A stretch of DNA of 63,760 bases, counting the filler, from Welwitschia mirabilis (taxonomy: Eukaryota), in NCBI GenBank assembly GCA_051453625.1. It is 6 parts of one record of this genome, joined end to end, with 100 filler letters (N's around TTAATTAATTAA, not from the genome) between each part and the next. Parts side by side here need not be neighbours in the genome. Positions count along the whole stretch, not along the records: positions 50,912 to 59,431 come from JBOZIK010000001.1; positions 59,532 to 63,760 come from JBOZIK010000001.1; 4 more parts are not named here. One strand, written 5' to 3'. The position numbers were made by a program, and so were the translations under genes. This document shows, one piece after another, positions 50,912 through 62,500 of the stretch. The notes under the pieces are model-generated. The model was given only the letters and a program-made list of their open reading frames with translations. It was not told the DNA's origin and made no database searches. Positions within the stretch are counted from its first letter, which is position 1. Each line of letters opens with the position of its first letter.

Positions 50912-53900
50912 ATTAGAGGTAGATCATTTATACTTGATGTTTTTCCGTATAGCTAATTGGTTTCCTTGGTTGTTCCAAAGATTTCTATATTTCCACTTCA
51001 CATACTTCACTCGCATTTTATCTTTGTTGAGCTATACCTTCCAGGCTAGCTTAGCTACTAGGGTTAAGGCATGGAATCTTGCATCTCTTAGCCTACATCT
51101 AGCTACATGTTTGTGTTTAGAAACATTTTCTCAAGCAATGAGGTAAAACCCACTCCTATTTTAATTTCCTTTCTGAAGGAAATCCTTGACAATCTTATTC
51201 ATCTATTTGAGGATTACCATGAGGGGAGTAAGAGCTAACATTATGTAAAGTAAGATGTTGCTTAGGACTACCTTAGCTAGCATAGCTTGATTATAGATGA
51301 CCAAAACGTTCCTCACTAGGATGACAAGTTTCTTTTCATATTGTGCAAGGTGGAACTTTAAAGATTTGCTATTTTCATGCCCCTAAACATGAGTTGCCTT
51401 AGGTAAGAGATGGGAAGTTCTTCCTTATTGCAACATAGGATATGTTGGATTCTTAAGCTTTTGTCCTCTTGGAAATTCATTTGAATGAGGTAGGTCTTGT
51501 TCCAATTCACATTTAAGCACCTATCCTTCTCAAGAATATTCATGGATTATTTTAACTTTACGTCTTCTAGGAAAGATGAGCATGTCATGTGCATATTTGA
51601 GAATTTGTTGTCTTCACAAGAGAATATGATTAAGGCCCATCTTGACTAAGAACTTATTAAGGTTGTCAACAATTATTACAAACAAATATCAGGACAGAGG
51701 ATCATCTTGCCTTACCCCACTACCTAGGTAAAATTTCCTAGATGTCCTACCACCTAGTTGTACTACAAATCTAGTTGTGGTGAGAATAAATGATATCATT
51801 CCACATAACTAATCTAAGAAACCCAACCACTCCAAAGCAATGGCTAGAGTATGCTAGATGACTATCATGAGCCTTTGATAGATCAAGGTTGAGCATGTGC
51901 AAGCTTTCCCCTCTCTAGTGAGCCTAATGTATAGCCTCATTAGTTGTGATGAGGTTTTTCCATATGTGCCTCTTAGAAATGAACCCCCTTTGACCCTTAA
52001 TGATAAATGAGAGGAGGATCCATAGCCAATTCACTACAATCTTGAAAATTATCTTATAAAAATATGTGAAAAGACTAATGGGTCAGCCTTCCTGTGAGGT
52101 CTGGACTCTGTTCTTTTTGAGGAGGAGAATTAAGGTTGTATCCTCCTAGTACCTCAGAAAAGTAGCATATTGGAACCCTTTTTGAATAATTGATGTTATG
52201 TCCTTTTCCATTATGTACTAGAACTCTTTGAGTAATTTGAAATTCTAGCCATCTAGCCTAGCAGCCTTATTACTTGGGGCTACTTTGATGATCTTGTACA
52301 TTATCTTCTTTGAGGAAATCCACTATAGTTTGAGATTATATTCTTCAAAGATCCCCTTTGGGATAAGGTCCAATATTACTAAGGGACTGATAGCCTTGTC
52401 TTCTAAGTACAAATGCTAGGAGTACTGAATCACTATCTCTAGATTAAAGGCCCCATCTTTTGAAAACTTCATACGGCTTTTCTTCATTTCTTATTAGGTC
52501 ATCCAAACGTGGAAGTATCCAGAATTTTAATTACATTATTTTGGTCATTTGTCTTTTACCCTTTGGTTCTAACATGTGGTTTCTTTCTAAACATATATCC
52601 TAGTGACTTTCTAAAATGTGATTTCTTCCTAAACATCTCTCCTAGTTGTTGTCTCCTCCTCGATGATTTTTTGTATTATCTCATCATAGTTTGGGAGTCT
52701 TCTTATTTTCTGGGAATGTTTTGTGATTTCATTTAGGTGGTACTAAATAAATGGAAGCCATGGGAAATATTCTTCATCTCCAACATCCCTAAAAAAAGTA
52801 TTTAAGCTCAACAATAACATTCTTGCAACTCCCTTTCTCTCTTACCAATGTTCATATGTATTCTAGCTTATCTCTGATTTTCGGTCTCTTAATCTATATA
52901 TTTTCAAACTTGAAGGGGGTTGTTTACATTGAACCAAACACCATTTACATACTGTTGATTTGTAATCTAATATTATCCATGGGAGGCTCTCCAAGTGGGG
53001 ATGTCTTAATTGTAGATATCCTCCTAAACTAGAAATTTATTTCACCTTAACCATTTCCACTTACCATTCATATTTGAATGTTTCCAAGTAAGCCATGTTA
53101 GAGGGGTTAATACTTCTAGTAGACCTCCTAGATTTTCTAACTCCTTGAAGAATTTGTTGATCTGTTATACTATATCTACTACTCAATCTCTTTGTTGGGC
53201 TCCAAGTCATGTTTTAATTCCTTTCCATGACCCAACCCCCTTCCTTGGCTATGTCCGAGATTAGGGTTATGAAGCTTGGTTTCTCTTACTTTGATGATGG
53301 CCTGCAAATATTTAGGATATTAGTGTTCTCCCCTTGGATTTCTATTATGTGCTCTTTCTTCATTTTTTTTTGTTGAAGAATAAGTTGACATGCTAGAGAA
53401 TCACTAAGCCTCCATTAAGCCTTGTGGAGTCCACCCACGTTATTTCCCACTCTTGGCTGAGTTTGTTTTACACTTTGTCTCCTGCATAAAGAGAACATCT
53501 ATTCCTTTCTACATCACACTCTTCATTAGCCATGTTCATATTACTGGGTTACTCATCCCAATGCAATTCCATAAGAGTATTCTCACATCAACAAAGTTTG
53601 ATTCTTGGCCTCATGTTGGGATTTCTCTTGGTCTATCTCAGTTAACCTTTCTTTCTTTGATATTTTATCATATTTTGTAATATCCTTGGTATCATCAATC
53701 ATATCTTAGGATATTCCTTTTTGAATGCTCCCTTGCTTTAAGAGTCTTTCGAACCCTTTGGTTACTACCTTAAAGGTTTTTGTCCCTTATGCTTCCTATA
53801 AACAATTCCTCTCCCCTCTGGATATCCTTTTCTTTGATTCTTTTCTATGGATTTGGTCTTTCTACTAGAAGCTCGATTGACTCTTGGGTTTTTTTCCTTT

Positions 53901-55080
53901 CTGTTGCCCATAATGTGGGATTCTTTGCTTCTTTTTCAAGGTCACCACCTATCATCCCTTACTATCCCCTTTATCGTAGGTGCTTCCCACTGCAAACCTT
54001 CCTTAAGTGGTGCTAGTTTGGTGGTGATGGCTCTCCATTCTCCCTTTGTGTTTTGTGTTTTTCTAGATTTGGTCCTTACTGTTGGTATTTCTAGCTATTG
54101 TTCCCTTTACATTTGTCCTTCCTTTCCTTTGAAATTGCTTCGTTTATGGTTCAATTTGGTGCTATGGTCCCTGAGGGTTCCCTATTATGAATGCGAAGCT
54201 ATCCTCTTGACTTCCATACTAACGTTACTCTTGCATCTCCTTCTTGAATTTCTATAGGGAAATGATCTTGCAGTTTTTATCATAATGGGGTAAAATATGC
54301 CCATGTTGAAAATAGGTTCTACAAACATTTGGAACATTTTCATAGATCATAGCATTAGTAAACATTACGTGAGGTTGCAAAAGCTCTATGTGAAATACTA
54401 GTTTCATGTCTTCCATCATACGTATACAGATTCTGGCATTTAGCATTGGCAACCCTTTTAACATGGTCTTATCTATGATAATATTTTTGTCATATATCAC
54501 TATTATTCCTCTTAGGACCATTTCTCTCTAGAACTCCATTGGAAGGCCTAACATGCATATTCATATTACTAACCAATATCTTTGTGAGGGTTTACTAGAC
54601 TTCTCTGTTTGTCCCATTATGTACCCCCAATACCATCTTTCTACCTACATTATGAGGTTTCCTACTCCCCATGCTACCATGGCGTATTCTAGGTTCTGGT
54701 CTTTTACAATTGAGAAAACAGAAAAATATCTGTTACCTCTTATAAAGGTCAGTTTCATGATCATGTTCAACCATGCCCTTAGCATGATGCTTGTACCTCC
54801 TTCCATGTTAGGGCTCTACTGTTAATGTCCCCATAAGGGAAAAATGAAACTTGTCCTTTTCTGCACATACGACTTTCTGTAGGACCATTATTTGAAAAAT
54901 TCCTTTCATGTAGGTCGTCTTCACATCAACACCATCTTGAAATCCCATCTCATCCTATTTAAACCATCTTCTTCCTCACAGGGCCTCTATGAATGTTCGA
55001 TTTAGGCTATTTTCTCTGCTACTCTAGTTTCCATCCTTTACCTCTTCAACCTTATCTTTAGGTTCTCGACCTTCCCTGTT
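50912..55080 (-). mobile_element. Degenerate, near full-length L1-clade LINE (ORF1 zinc knuckle, endonuclease, RT)
   Basis: Minus strand: IYENVPNVCRTYFQHGH (ORF1 knuckle), NVGGL (WNVRGL), PSNKAARLDG (KAPGPDG), PISLFTYFYKII, LNLDLSKAHDS, GVRQDDPLS*YLF, ELPISYL. Confidence 0.85.
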
Positions 55081-58000
55081 CTAGGTTAAAAAAAACCATA
55101 AAAGTATTGAATCATCACCCCTTCAATTGAACGTAGAAGTATGAAAAGTATGTGTTTGTTTTAGATAGAAAGATTTAATACTTTTCAAACCTTAGTTTCC
55201 TAGCCTTTAGAGATATTTTAGGATAAACATATTGATTCTTGACTTTATTTTCCTTCTGAAGTATAAGGACAACTAGTCTTCTTCTTGATCCTTACCTATT
55301 GAGGTAGATATCAAGTTTTCATTAAAGGACAAGAATTACTATCCTTATTATTAGCTATTTAAATTTTGAGGATAAGGGTATATGCTTTTATTATGGAGCT
55401 TAAGAATGACCACTCTTATCATAGAGCATGATGATAACTTGGGAATGAAATTTCTTTTGAAAATAAGGATAAATGTTCACAATGATTAGCAAGTATTTAC
55501 TTTTTTTTAATTGATCAATGATTATTGACTATTCCTATTTCTCTAGATGATAAGGATAACTACCCTTATTTATTAGTAATTTGGTTGTGCTATATTCCAT
55601 TAGAGGATAAGTATGATCATCCCTTATGATCAATAATCCTTGTCTACATCATTATTTAATTAGAGAATATGCATAACCATCCTTATTAAGTAGCAAAAAT
55701 GTCGATCAATTTCAAGAAAGATGTTGGTATCATGTTGGTTGATAACTTTAATCATAATAGATCAGATGGTAAACTCATCTTAGTAGCTAAAGCTAAGTAG
55801 ATGTAAAGCTATATTTGTTAGAGAATAATGTTTACCATCAAAAAAAATATGATTGGACAATTTCAAAATGAAAAGCTATTGGTGAAATGTTGCACTCTTT
55901 GATCTATTTAATTACCAATAGATACCATCATCAAATGGTACAAAACTCTATATCTACATTTGAGACTAAAGAAACATTTAAGATGGAATTTAATGGAAAA
56001 TGGAAAATGAAATTTGTTTTTAATAAGAAATTAAGTATGAAGTTGACCTATGTTCTAAATAAGAAATATTCACATGAAAATAAGCATGGCATAGGCAGTA
56101 ATTAATAAGCTTAAAGCATTAAGTAGATTCTTGAGGAGGACTACAAACAATAACGCACTCCCAACTAAGAGTACCTAAGTGGTAGAAGAATATGGCCATG
56201 TTATAAAAACAGTATTAGCAAATGCAAAATTAAAAACCATAGATTTTGAAAAACATAATAAATCCCAATATATCTCGATAAGAAATACAACTTGCACTAG
56301 TAAAGTTATGTGGAAATCAATTTTTTTAAGAGATGAACCTAACTATAGTGAAAAGTGATCAAATATGAAGTGGACACAGTAAGATAAGACAATAAGGTAA
56401 AGGAGATGATCAAAAGAAGAAAAATGAAGAATGTAAATCTAGTAAGAAAGAAAATGGTTAGATTACGTGCAAGAGATATCACATAAATAGCCACTATACA
56501 TCAAAAGAAAGTAAAATAATAAGCACTAAATTATTTTTGTGAATCATATATGTTATGTCTTTTTAAAAACTTATTTGTCTTATGATACACATTCTCCCAC
56601 ATTATCTAAACAAAGTAAAGTAATCTTATCTTTCATCCTCACCTAAATTTACTTCCTATTTCTTGAAGTAGTTTCCATACTACTTTAAATTTTCTAGAAA
56701 TATTATCAGACTTTCCTTTTTTTAATTGAATGAGATGTAAACAATTGTAATGTGCACACATATATAAGAACAAGAAATAAAACTTTGTTCTTTTTTTTCT
56801 TTTTTCTTTTTTCTTTTTTAATTTTTAAAGTCATGGCTTTTTCCATTAATCCTATATTAACATCCTTAAGGGTATTATAAACTAAGCTACTATTACCTTT
56901 GGACTATCATAGAAGTTTTCTAAAAAGTATTCCACTCTCTTACACATGTTACAAAGACTATTGATCACACTTTAAAACATTTTATGTAGTGATTTTTTTT
57001 TAATTTGTATTGTTGTTACCATGGTTCCATCAATTTTTATGATATATCACTTTTTAGAGTTCTAGTTCTAAGCATATCTCAACAAAAATATTACAATTTC
57101 ATGACTTCATGGTAAAACAAGTTTGTCAAATGTTGTTAGTTAATAATTTTGATTTATAAATTTATTTGTAGTATTATATGATACTAAATAGAATGATTTT
57201 ATTTTTCAATGAGATGCCATGTTTTGGTGCTATTACTACTAACATTATCTTTCTTCTCATATAGTTTTCTTGTTCATTTAAAATATCAATAGTATAAACA
57301 CTATAATATATGGATATAGTCAATAATAGAGTGCAAGAAAAAAATTAGGATGTTATGATGAAATCTAGCAAAATGATTAATTTGAAGCTAAAAATTGGAT
57401 ACTAAGACTTAATTCATTGTGTAAAGGCACGTAGGCTAAATTCTTACAATATTGGAAATAATTAATATGAAGAATATGCAAAAGAATAGACATTAGAGTT
57501 CATACTAAATTCCAATTATCAATTTGAATGAAATAAAAGAGTTCTTTAAGAGAATATGAAACCATAAATTTTATAATAAAATGTAATAAAATATTATCTT
57601 AAAATATTAAAGGTAACATCTCAAACTTCGTTCTAATAAAATAGATTCATGTAATTGGTTTATATCTATTATTATCTATATAACAAATGTTATTAATCAC
57701 TAGTTTAAGGAAGCTCAAAATTCTTTGGAACATTACTTATACTATCCTTAGTTTTAATACTTGAAAGCTTCTTAGCTAAAGAATTTTTTAGGTTATGAAT
57801 ATCCTTATTGTCAATATTTAGAAGTTTCCTAAGGGAGGAAATTTTTTAGGTATTATAGAAGATTTATTTCTTTTTTTATAAATAAGAAATCCCAAATTTA
57901 CATTGCACATCCTGCGAAACTATAAATAATTAAATAATTTATTATGTATAAGAACTAGACTAAAAAGACATGCATAATCCTACCTTGTGATAACTATGCA

Positions 58001-58162
58001 AACATTGTACCTACATATAGAATCCATAAAAGTGATAGCATCTAATACTTTTCTTTCTTCTTGCCAAATATGTATTATAATGGCATTTTTAAATACAAAT
58101 TAAAGTAAGATAAAGTAATTATCTTTATTCAAAAATAAAATTAACAAAATGAAAAGGCACGA

Positions 58163-58708
58163 TCACCATAGAAAACCTGAAACATCGAAGAGAGATAATA
58201 GATCATGGTTTAATTTAGGTCTTCCATAAAACCCTCGTCATTGTTTGATGTGAGAAGGCATTGAGACATTTGAAGGAAGAATAGATTTAGCATCACAATT
58301 AGTGTAATACAGACCATATTTTTGCATTATTTCTTGGGCATCTATAAGTCTGATCTCAATGAACTCCATTAAATCTTCCATTACATTTCTGAAATCATGA
58401 GGGAGATTCTTTCAAAGAAGTGAAAAGATTCATCTCATCAAAAGTCACGAATAGTCTGATGGCTCTAACACCATGCAAAATATTGTTGTTTGTGATTTCC
58501 TTCCTGTTGTCATTATTCAGTGTCCAGATTAAATCTGTGAATGCTGAATTCCATCTAATGAGTGCAAAGGCTAATCAAAACCTGAGATGTCACATGCACA
58601 GGAAAAGGATTAATGTCTCTCTCCGAAAAACCATCTAAAGCAATGCAGTCTATGATCATGTCCACTCCTCTAGATGTGCCAAGAATTGCTTCCTTGTCAC
58701 TAAATCTA
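58163..58708 (-). pseudogene. Unidentified decayed coding-like segment, truncated by an LTR insertion
   Basis: Three successive open frames of ~50-60 codons joined by two frameshifts plus one internal TGA; no recognised domain. Confidence 0.3.
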
Positions 58709-59316
58709 TGTTAAAAATTAGTGCAACTTATTAGAGTTATCTCTGCAATTTTTGTTAATTAGTTCAATTCCTAGTTTTATGGGTAGATTAAGTCTTGATT
58801 AGAAAGGATTTCTATTAGTAGGAAGTTTGTTAGCAGCTATTTATGTGAGGCTTGTTTATGTGTTGTTTTTCTATCTTTTAGTGGTAAGTGGGTAGTTTTT
58901 ATCTTTTTATTAGTGGTTAATATGGGTTGAGTTAGTAGAGTTAGTGGGTCAGTTACTGAAAAGAAGGAGAACTGTTAGTGGAGTTAGTGGGTTAATTACT
59001 AAAACGAAGGAGAACAATTATTGAGTTTATTCCTTTGTATGCCTATATAAGGCTCTCTAATTGCATCAAATAACTATGACTCCCTTTGGGGCATTCGTTT
59101 TATTTAAAATAAACATGACTCATTTTGAAGCATCATATGACTCCTTTCGAAGCATCATATAACTCCCTTTGGAGCATCCATTTTATTTAAAATAAACATG
59201 ACTCTCTTTGGAGCATTCGTTTTGTTTTGTTTTAGTTTTTGTAAGATATCTTTTACAGAATGCACTTCATCTTCTAAATTTATATTTAGTGTTTTTCTCT
59301 CTTTTTTTTTTTAACA
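58709..59316 (+). mobile_element. Copia-type 5' LTR (608 bp) followed by PBS
   Basis: Perfect terminal inverted repeat TGTTAAAAA...TTTTTAACA; TATA gcctatataaggc at ~59041; internal tandem repeats at 59075-59225; TGGTATCAAAG directly after. Confidence 0.85.
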
Positions 59317-59327
59317 TGGTATCAAAG
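59317..59327 (+). other. Primer-binding site (initiator tRNA-Met)
   Basis: TGGTATCAAAG vs canonical TGGTATCAGAG. Confidence 0.8.
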
Positions 59328-59431
59328 TGAGAAAAGATCTTGAAATCTAGATGTTTTGGGCCGCACGTGTGCTACACTAAAGCATTCAACAAGTTTCTTC
59401 TGCCTAGACCAAGAGGCTTAGGAAATCTTCG

Positions 59432-59531
59432 NNNNNNNNNNNNNNNNNNNNNNNNNNNNNNNNNNNNNNNNNNNNTTAATTAATTAANNNNNNNNNNNNN
59501 NNNNNNNNNNNNNNNNNNNNNNNNNNNNNNN
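59432..59531. other. Artificial scaffold spacer N44-TTAATTAATTAA-N44
   Basis: 12-mer at 59476-59487 with 44 N on each side. Confidence 0.95.
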
Positions 59532-62500
59532 TTTTTGGAGATCAAGTATGAGGACATCCGATTTCTAACCTGGGACGTCTGAGACTCTTCTCAGTTGGAC
59601 ATAGAAATCAGCCATTACAACTGAGACATCCGATCAAAAAAGGTGGGATGTCCGACTCGATGATGTTAAAGGAAAATATGAACGTTGCAGCTGCCAGAGT
59701 GGCACGATTTAACTTTCAGACGGCTGGGGCAACAACTCAAACGGCTACGGTAGCAACTCAAATTGCTAGGGTTGGACTTCAAATGGCTAGGGCAACAATC
59801 GTGAGGCTCCAACAACTATCTGATAAACCTCAGCCTATAAAAATTATCTAAAGACCTTTGTAATGACTAATGCTCCTAAATTGTGTTGGACTATACTCTG
59901 AGATCTACTCACAATTAGTACTTCACTATATCGTTTGTACTTGGAGCTTTTTGTGCTTACTTGTTGCATTGTGCTAAAGGCATCTACATTATCAGACTTT
60001 TCTATTCTCCTGCTTTCTAGGGGCTTGTTGAAGTAAGCCTGCACATTCTAAGAGAAGGGATTGATTGTAACCTTTGGACAAGGGTATTGCCCAAGTTGAT
60101 TGGTGTTGGATAAGGGAACCAGGAGGCTGAAAGCACGTTGTTGCCCCTATGAGTGGAGTAGACAAGGATTGCCGAACCACTATAAATCTAGTGCCTTAGT
60201 CTTTTGCTCTTTGTTGCTATGCTTTCATATCATTTTAATATATGCAAAATCTGAANNNNNNNNNNNNNNNNNNNNNNNNNNNNNNNNNNNNNNNNNNNNN
60301 NNNNNNNNNNNNNNNNNNNNNNNNNNNNNNNNNNNNNNNNNNNNNNNNNNNNNNNAACCAGGAGGCTGAAAGCACGTTGTTGCCCCTATGAGTGGAGTAG
60401 ACAAAGATTGCCGAACCACTATAAATCTAGTGTCTTAGTCTTTTGCTCTTTGTTGCTATGCTTTCATATCATTTTAATATATGCAAAATCTGAATGTATT
60501 TGATTCTAGCAATATTTTAATTTTACCCTATTCATCCCCCCTCTAGGTTGCTTTTCGATCCTAACAATTGGTATCAGAGCCTGGTTGCTCTAGATTAGTA
60601 TTTTCTGTGTGTTTTTCAGAAGATTTTCATGGCATCCTCAAGTCACNNNNNNNNNNNNNNNNNNNNNNNNNNNNNNNNNNNNNNNNNNNNNNNNNNNNNN
60701 NNNNNNNNNNNNNNNNNNNNNNNNNNNNNNNNNNNNNNNNNNNNNNNNNNNNNNNNNNNNNNNNNNNNNNNNNNNNNNNNNNNNNNNNNNNNNNNNNNNN
60801 NNNNNNNNNNNNNNNNNNNNNNNNNNNNNNNNNNNNNNNNNNNNNNNNNNNNNNNNNNNNNNNNNNNNNNNNNNNNNNNNNNNNNNNNNNNNNNNNNNNN
60901 NNNNNNNNNNNNNNNNNNNNNNNNNNNNNNNNNNNNNNNNNNNNNNNNNNNNNNNNNNNNNNNNNNNNNNNNNNNNNNNNNNNNNNNNNNNNNNNNNNNN
61001 NNNNNNNNNNNNNNNNNNNNNNNNNNNNNNNNNNNNNNNNNNNNNNNNNNNNNNNNNNNNNNNNNNNNNNNNNNNNNNNNNNNNNNNNNNNNNNNNNNNN
61101 NNNNNNNNNNNNNNNNNNNNNNNNNNNNNNNNNNNNNNNNNNNNNNNNNNNNNNNNNNNNNNNNNNNNNNNNNNNNNNNNNNNNNNNNNNNNNNNNNNNN
61201 NNNNNNNNNATCGACATAATGAAAGTGGAAGAGCTTAAAGGATCCTTAATGGCATATTAAGCAATTGTTCTTCCAGAAGAAGAAACACCAAGGCCAAAAA
61301 GCATATCTCTAAAGGCAAATGAGGATTCAAATGACGGTAGTTCAGACGAGGACAATCTTGATGAAGATCTTACACTTCTCATCAAGAACTTCAAATGTTT
61401 TCTTTGCAAGAAAAAGGATTCAAAGTTCACCAAAAGATTGGCAAAAGGTAAGATAGATAAAAGTGAGAAACCGTCTTCAATTCAATGTTATGAATGTAAA
61501 GGTTTTGGTCATGTAACTGCAGAGTGTGCAAACAACAAAAAGCACAAAAGGNNNNNNNNNNNNNNNNNNNNNNNNNNNNNNNNNNNNNNNNNNNNNNNNN
61601 NNNNNNNNNNNNNNNNNNNNNNNNNNNNNNNNNNNNNNNNNNNNNNNNNNNNNNNNNNNNNNNNNNNNNNNNNNNNNNNNNNNNNNNNNNNNNNNNNNNN
61701 NNNNNNNNNNNNNNNNNNNNNNNNNNNNNNNNNNNNNNNNNNNNNNNNNNNNNNNNNNNNNNNNNNNNNNNNNNNNNNNNNNNNNNNNNNNNNNNNNNNN
61801 NNNNNNNNNNNNNNNNNNNNNNNNNNNNNNNNNNNNNNNNNNNNNNNNNNNNNNNNNNNNNNNNNNNNNNNNNNNNNNNNNNNNNNNNNNNNNNNNNNNN
61901 NNNNNNNNNNNNNNNNNNNNNNNNNNNNNNNNNNNNNNNNNNNNNNNNNNNNNNNNNNNNNNNNNNNNNNNNNNNNNNNNNNNNNNNNNNNNNNNNNNNN
62001 NNNNNNNNNNNNNNNNNNNNNNNNNNNNNNNNNNNNNNNNNNNNNNNNNNNNNNNNNNNNNNNNNNNNNNNNNNNNNNNNNNNNNNNNNNNNNNNNNNNN
62101 NNNNNNNNNNNNNNNNNNNNNNNNNNNNNNNNNNNNNNNNNNNNNNNNNNNNNNNNNNNNNNNNNNNNNNNNNNNNNNNNNNNNNNNNNNNNNNNNNNNN
62201 NNNNNTCAATGGGTCAAGAAAAATCTGCTTTCTTTATTTGCGCATACTGCCTTTAAAGCTCAAGATTGAACTAGGTGGTATTTGGATAGTGGGTGTTCTA
62301 GGCACATGACAAGTGATAAGAACCTTCTTATGTCTTTTGAAGATTACAACAGTGGAGAGGTAACTTTTGGTGACAACAGTAAAGGTTTGATTGTGGGCAA
62401 GGGAATTATAAGTGCTAATGATGATCATCCAACAATTCATGATGTAAAGCACAATCTTTTGAGCATTTCTTAGATTTGTGATAGAGGTAACATTGTTTCA

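Noticed and set aside
58620..58700. RGVDMIIDCI resembling the GVDVxxDCxG motif of MDR/quinone oxidoreductases
   Set aside because: Similarity is limited to about ten residues and the downstream sequence does not follow the family pattern.
60117..60494. ~139-nt near-identical repeat flanking a gap (likewise 62683-62800 vs 62901-63018)
   Set aside because: Both copies abut the gap and differ by few substitutions; most likely overlapping contigs from different copies of the same TE family.
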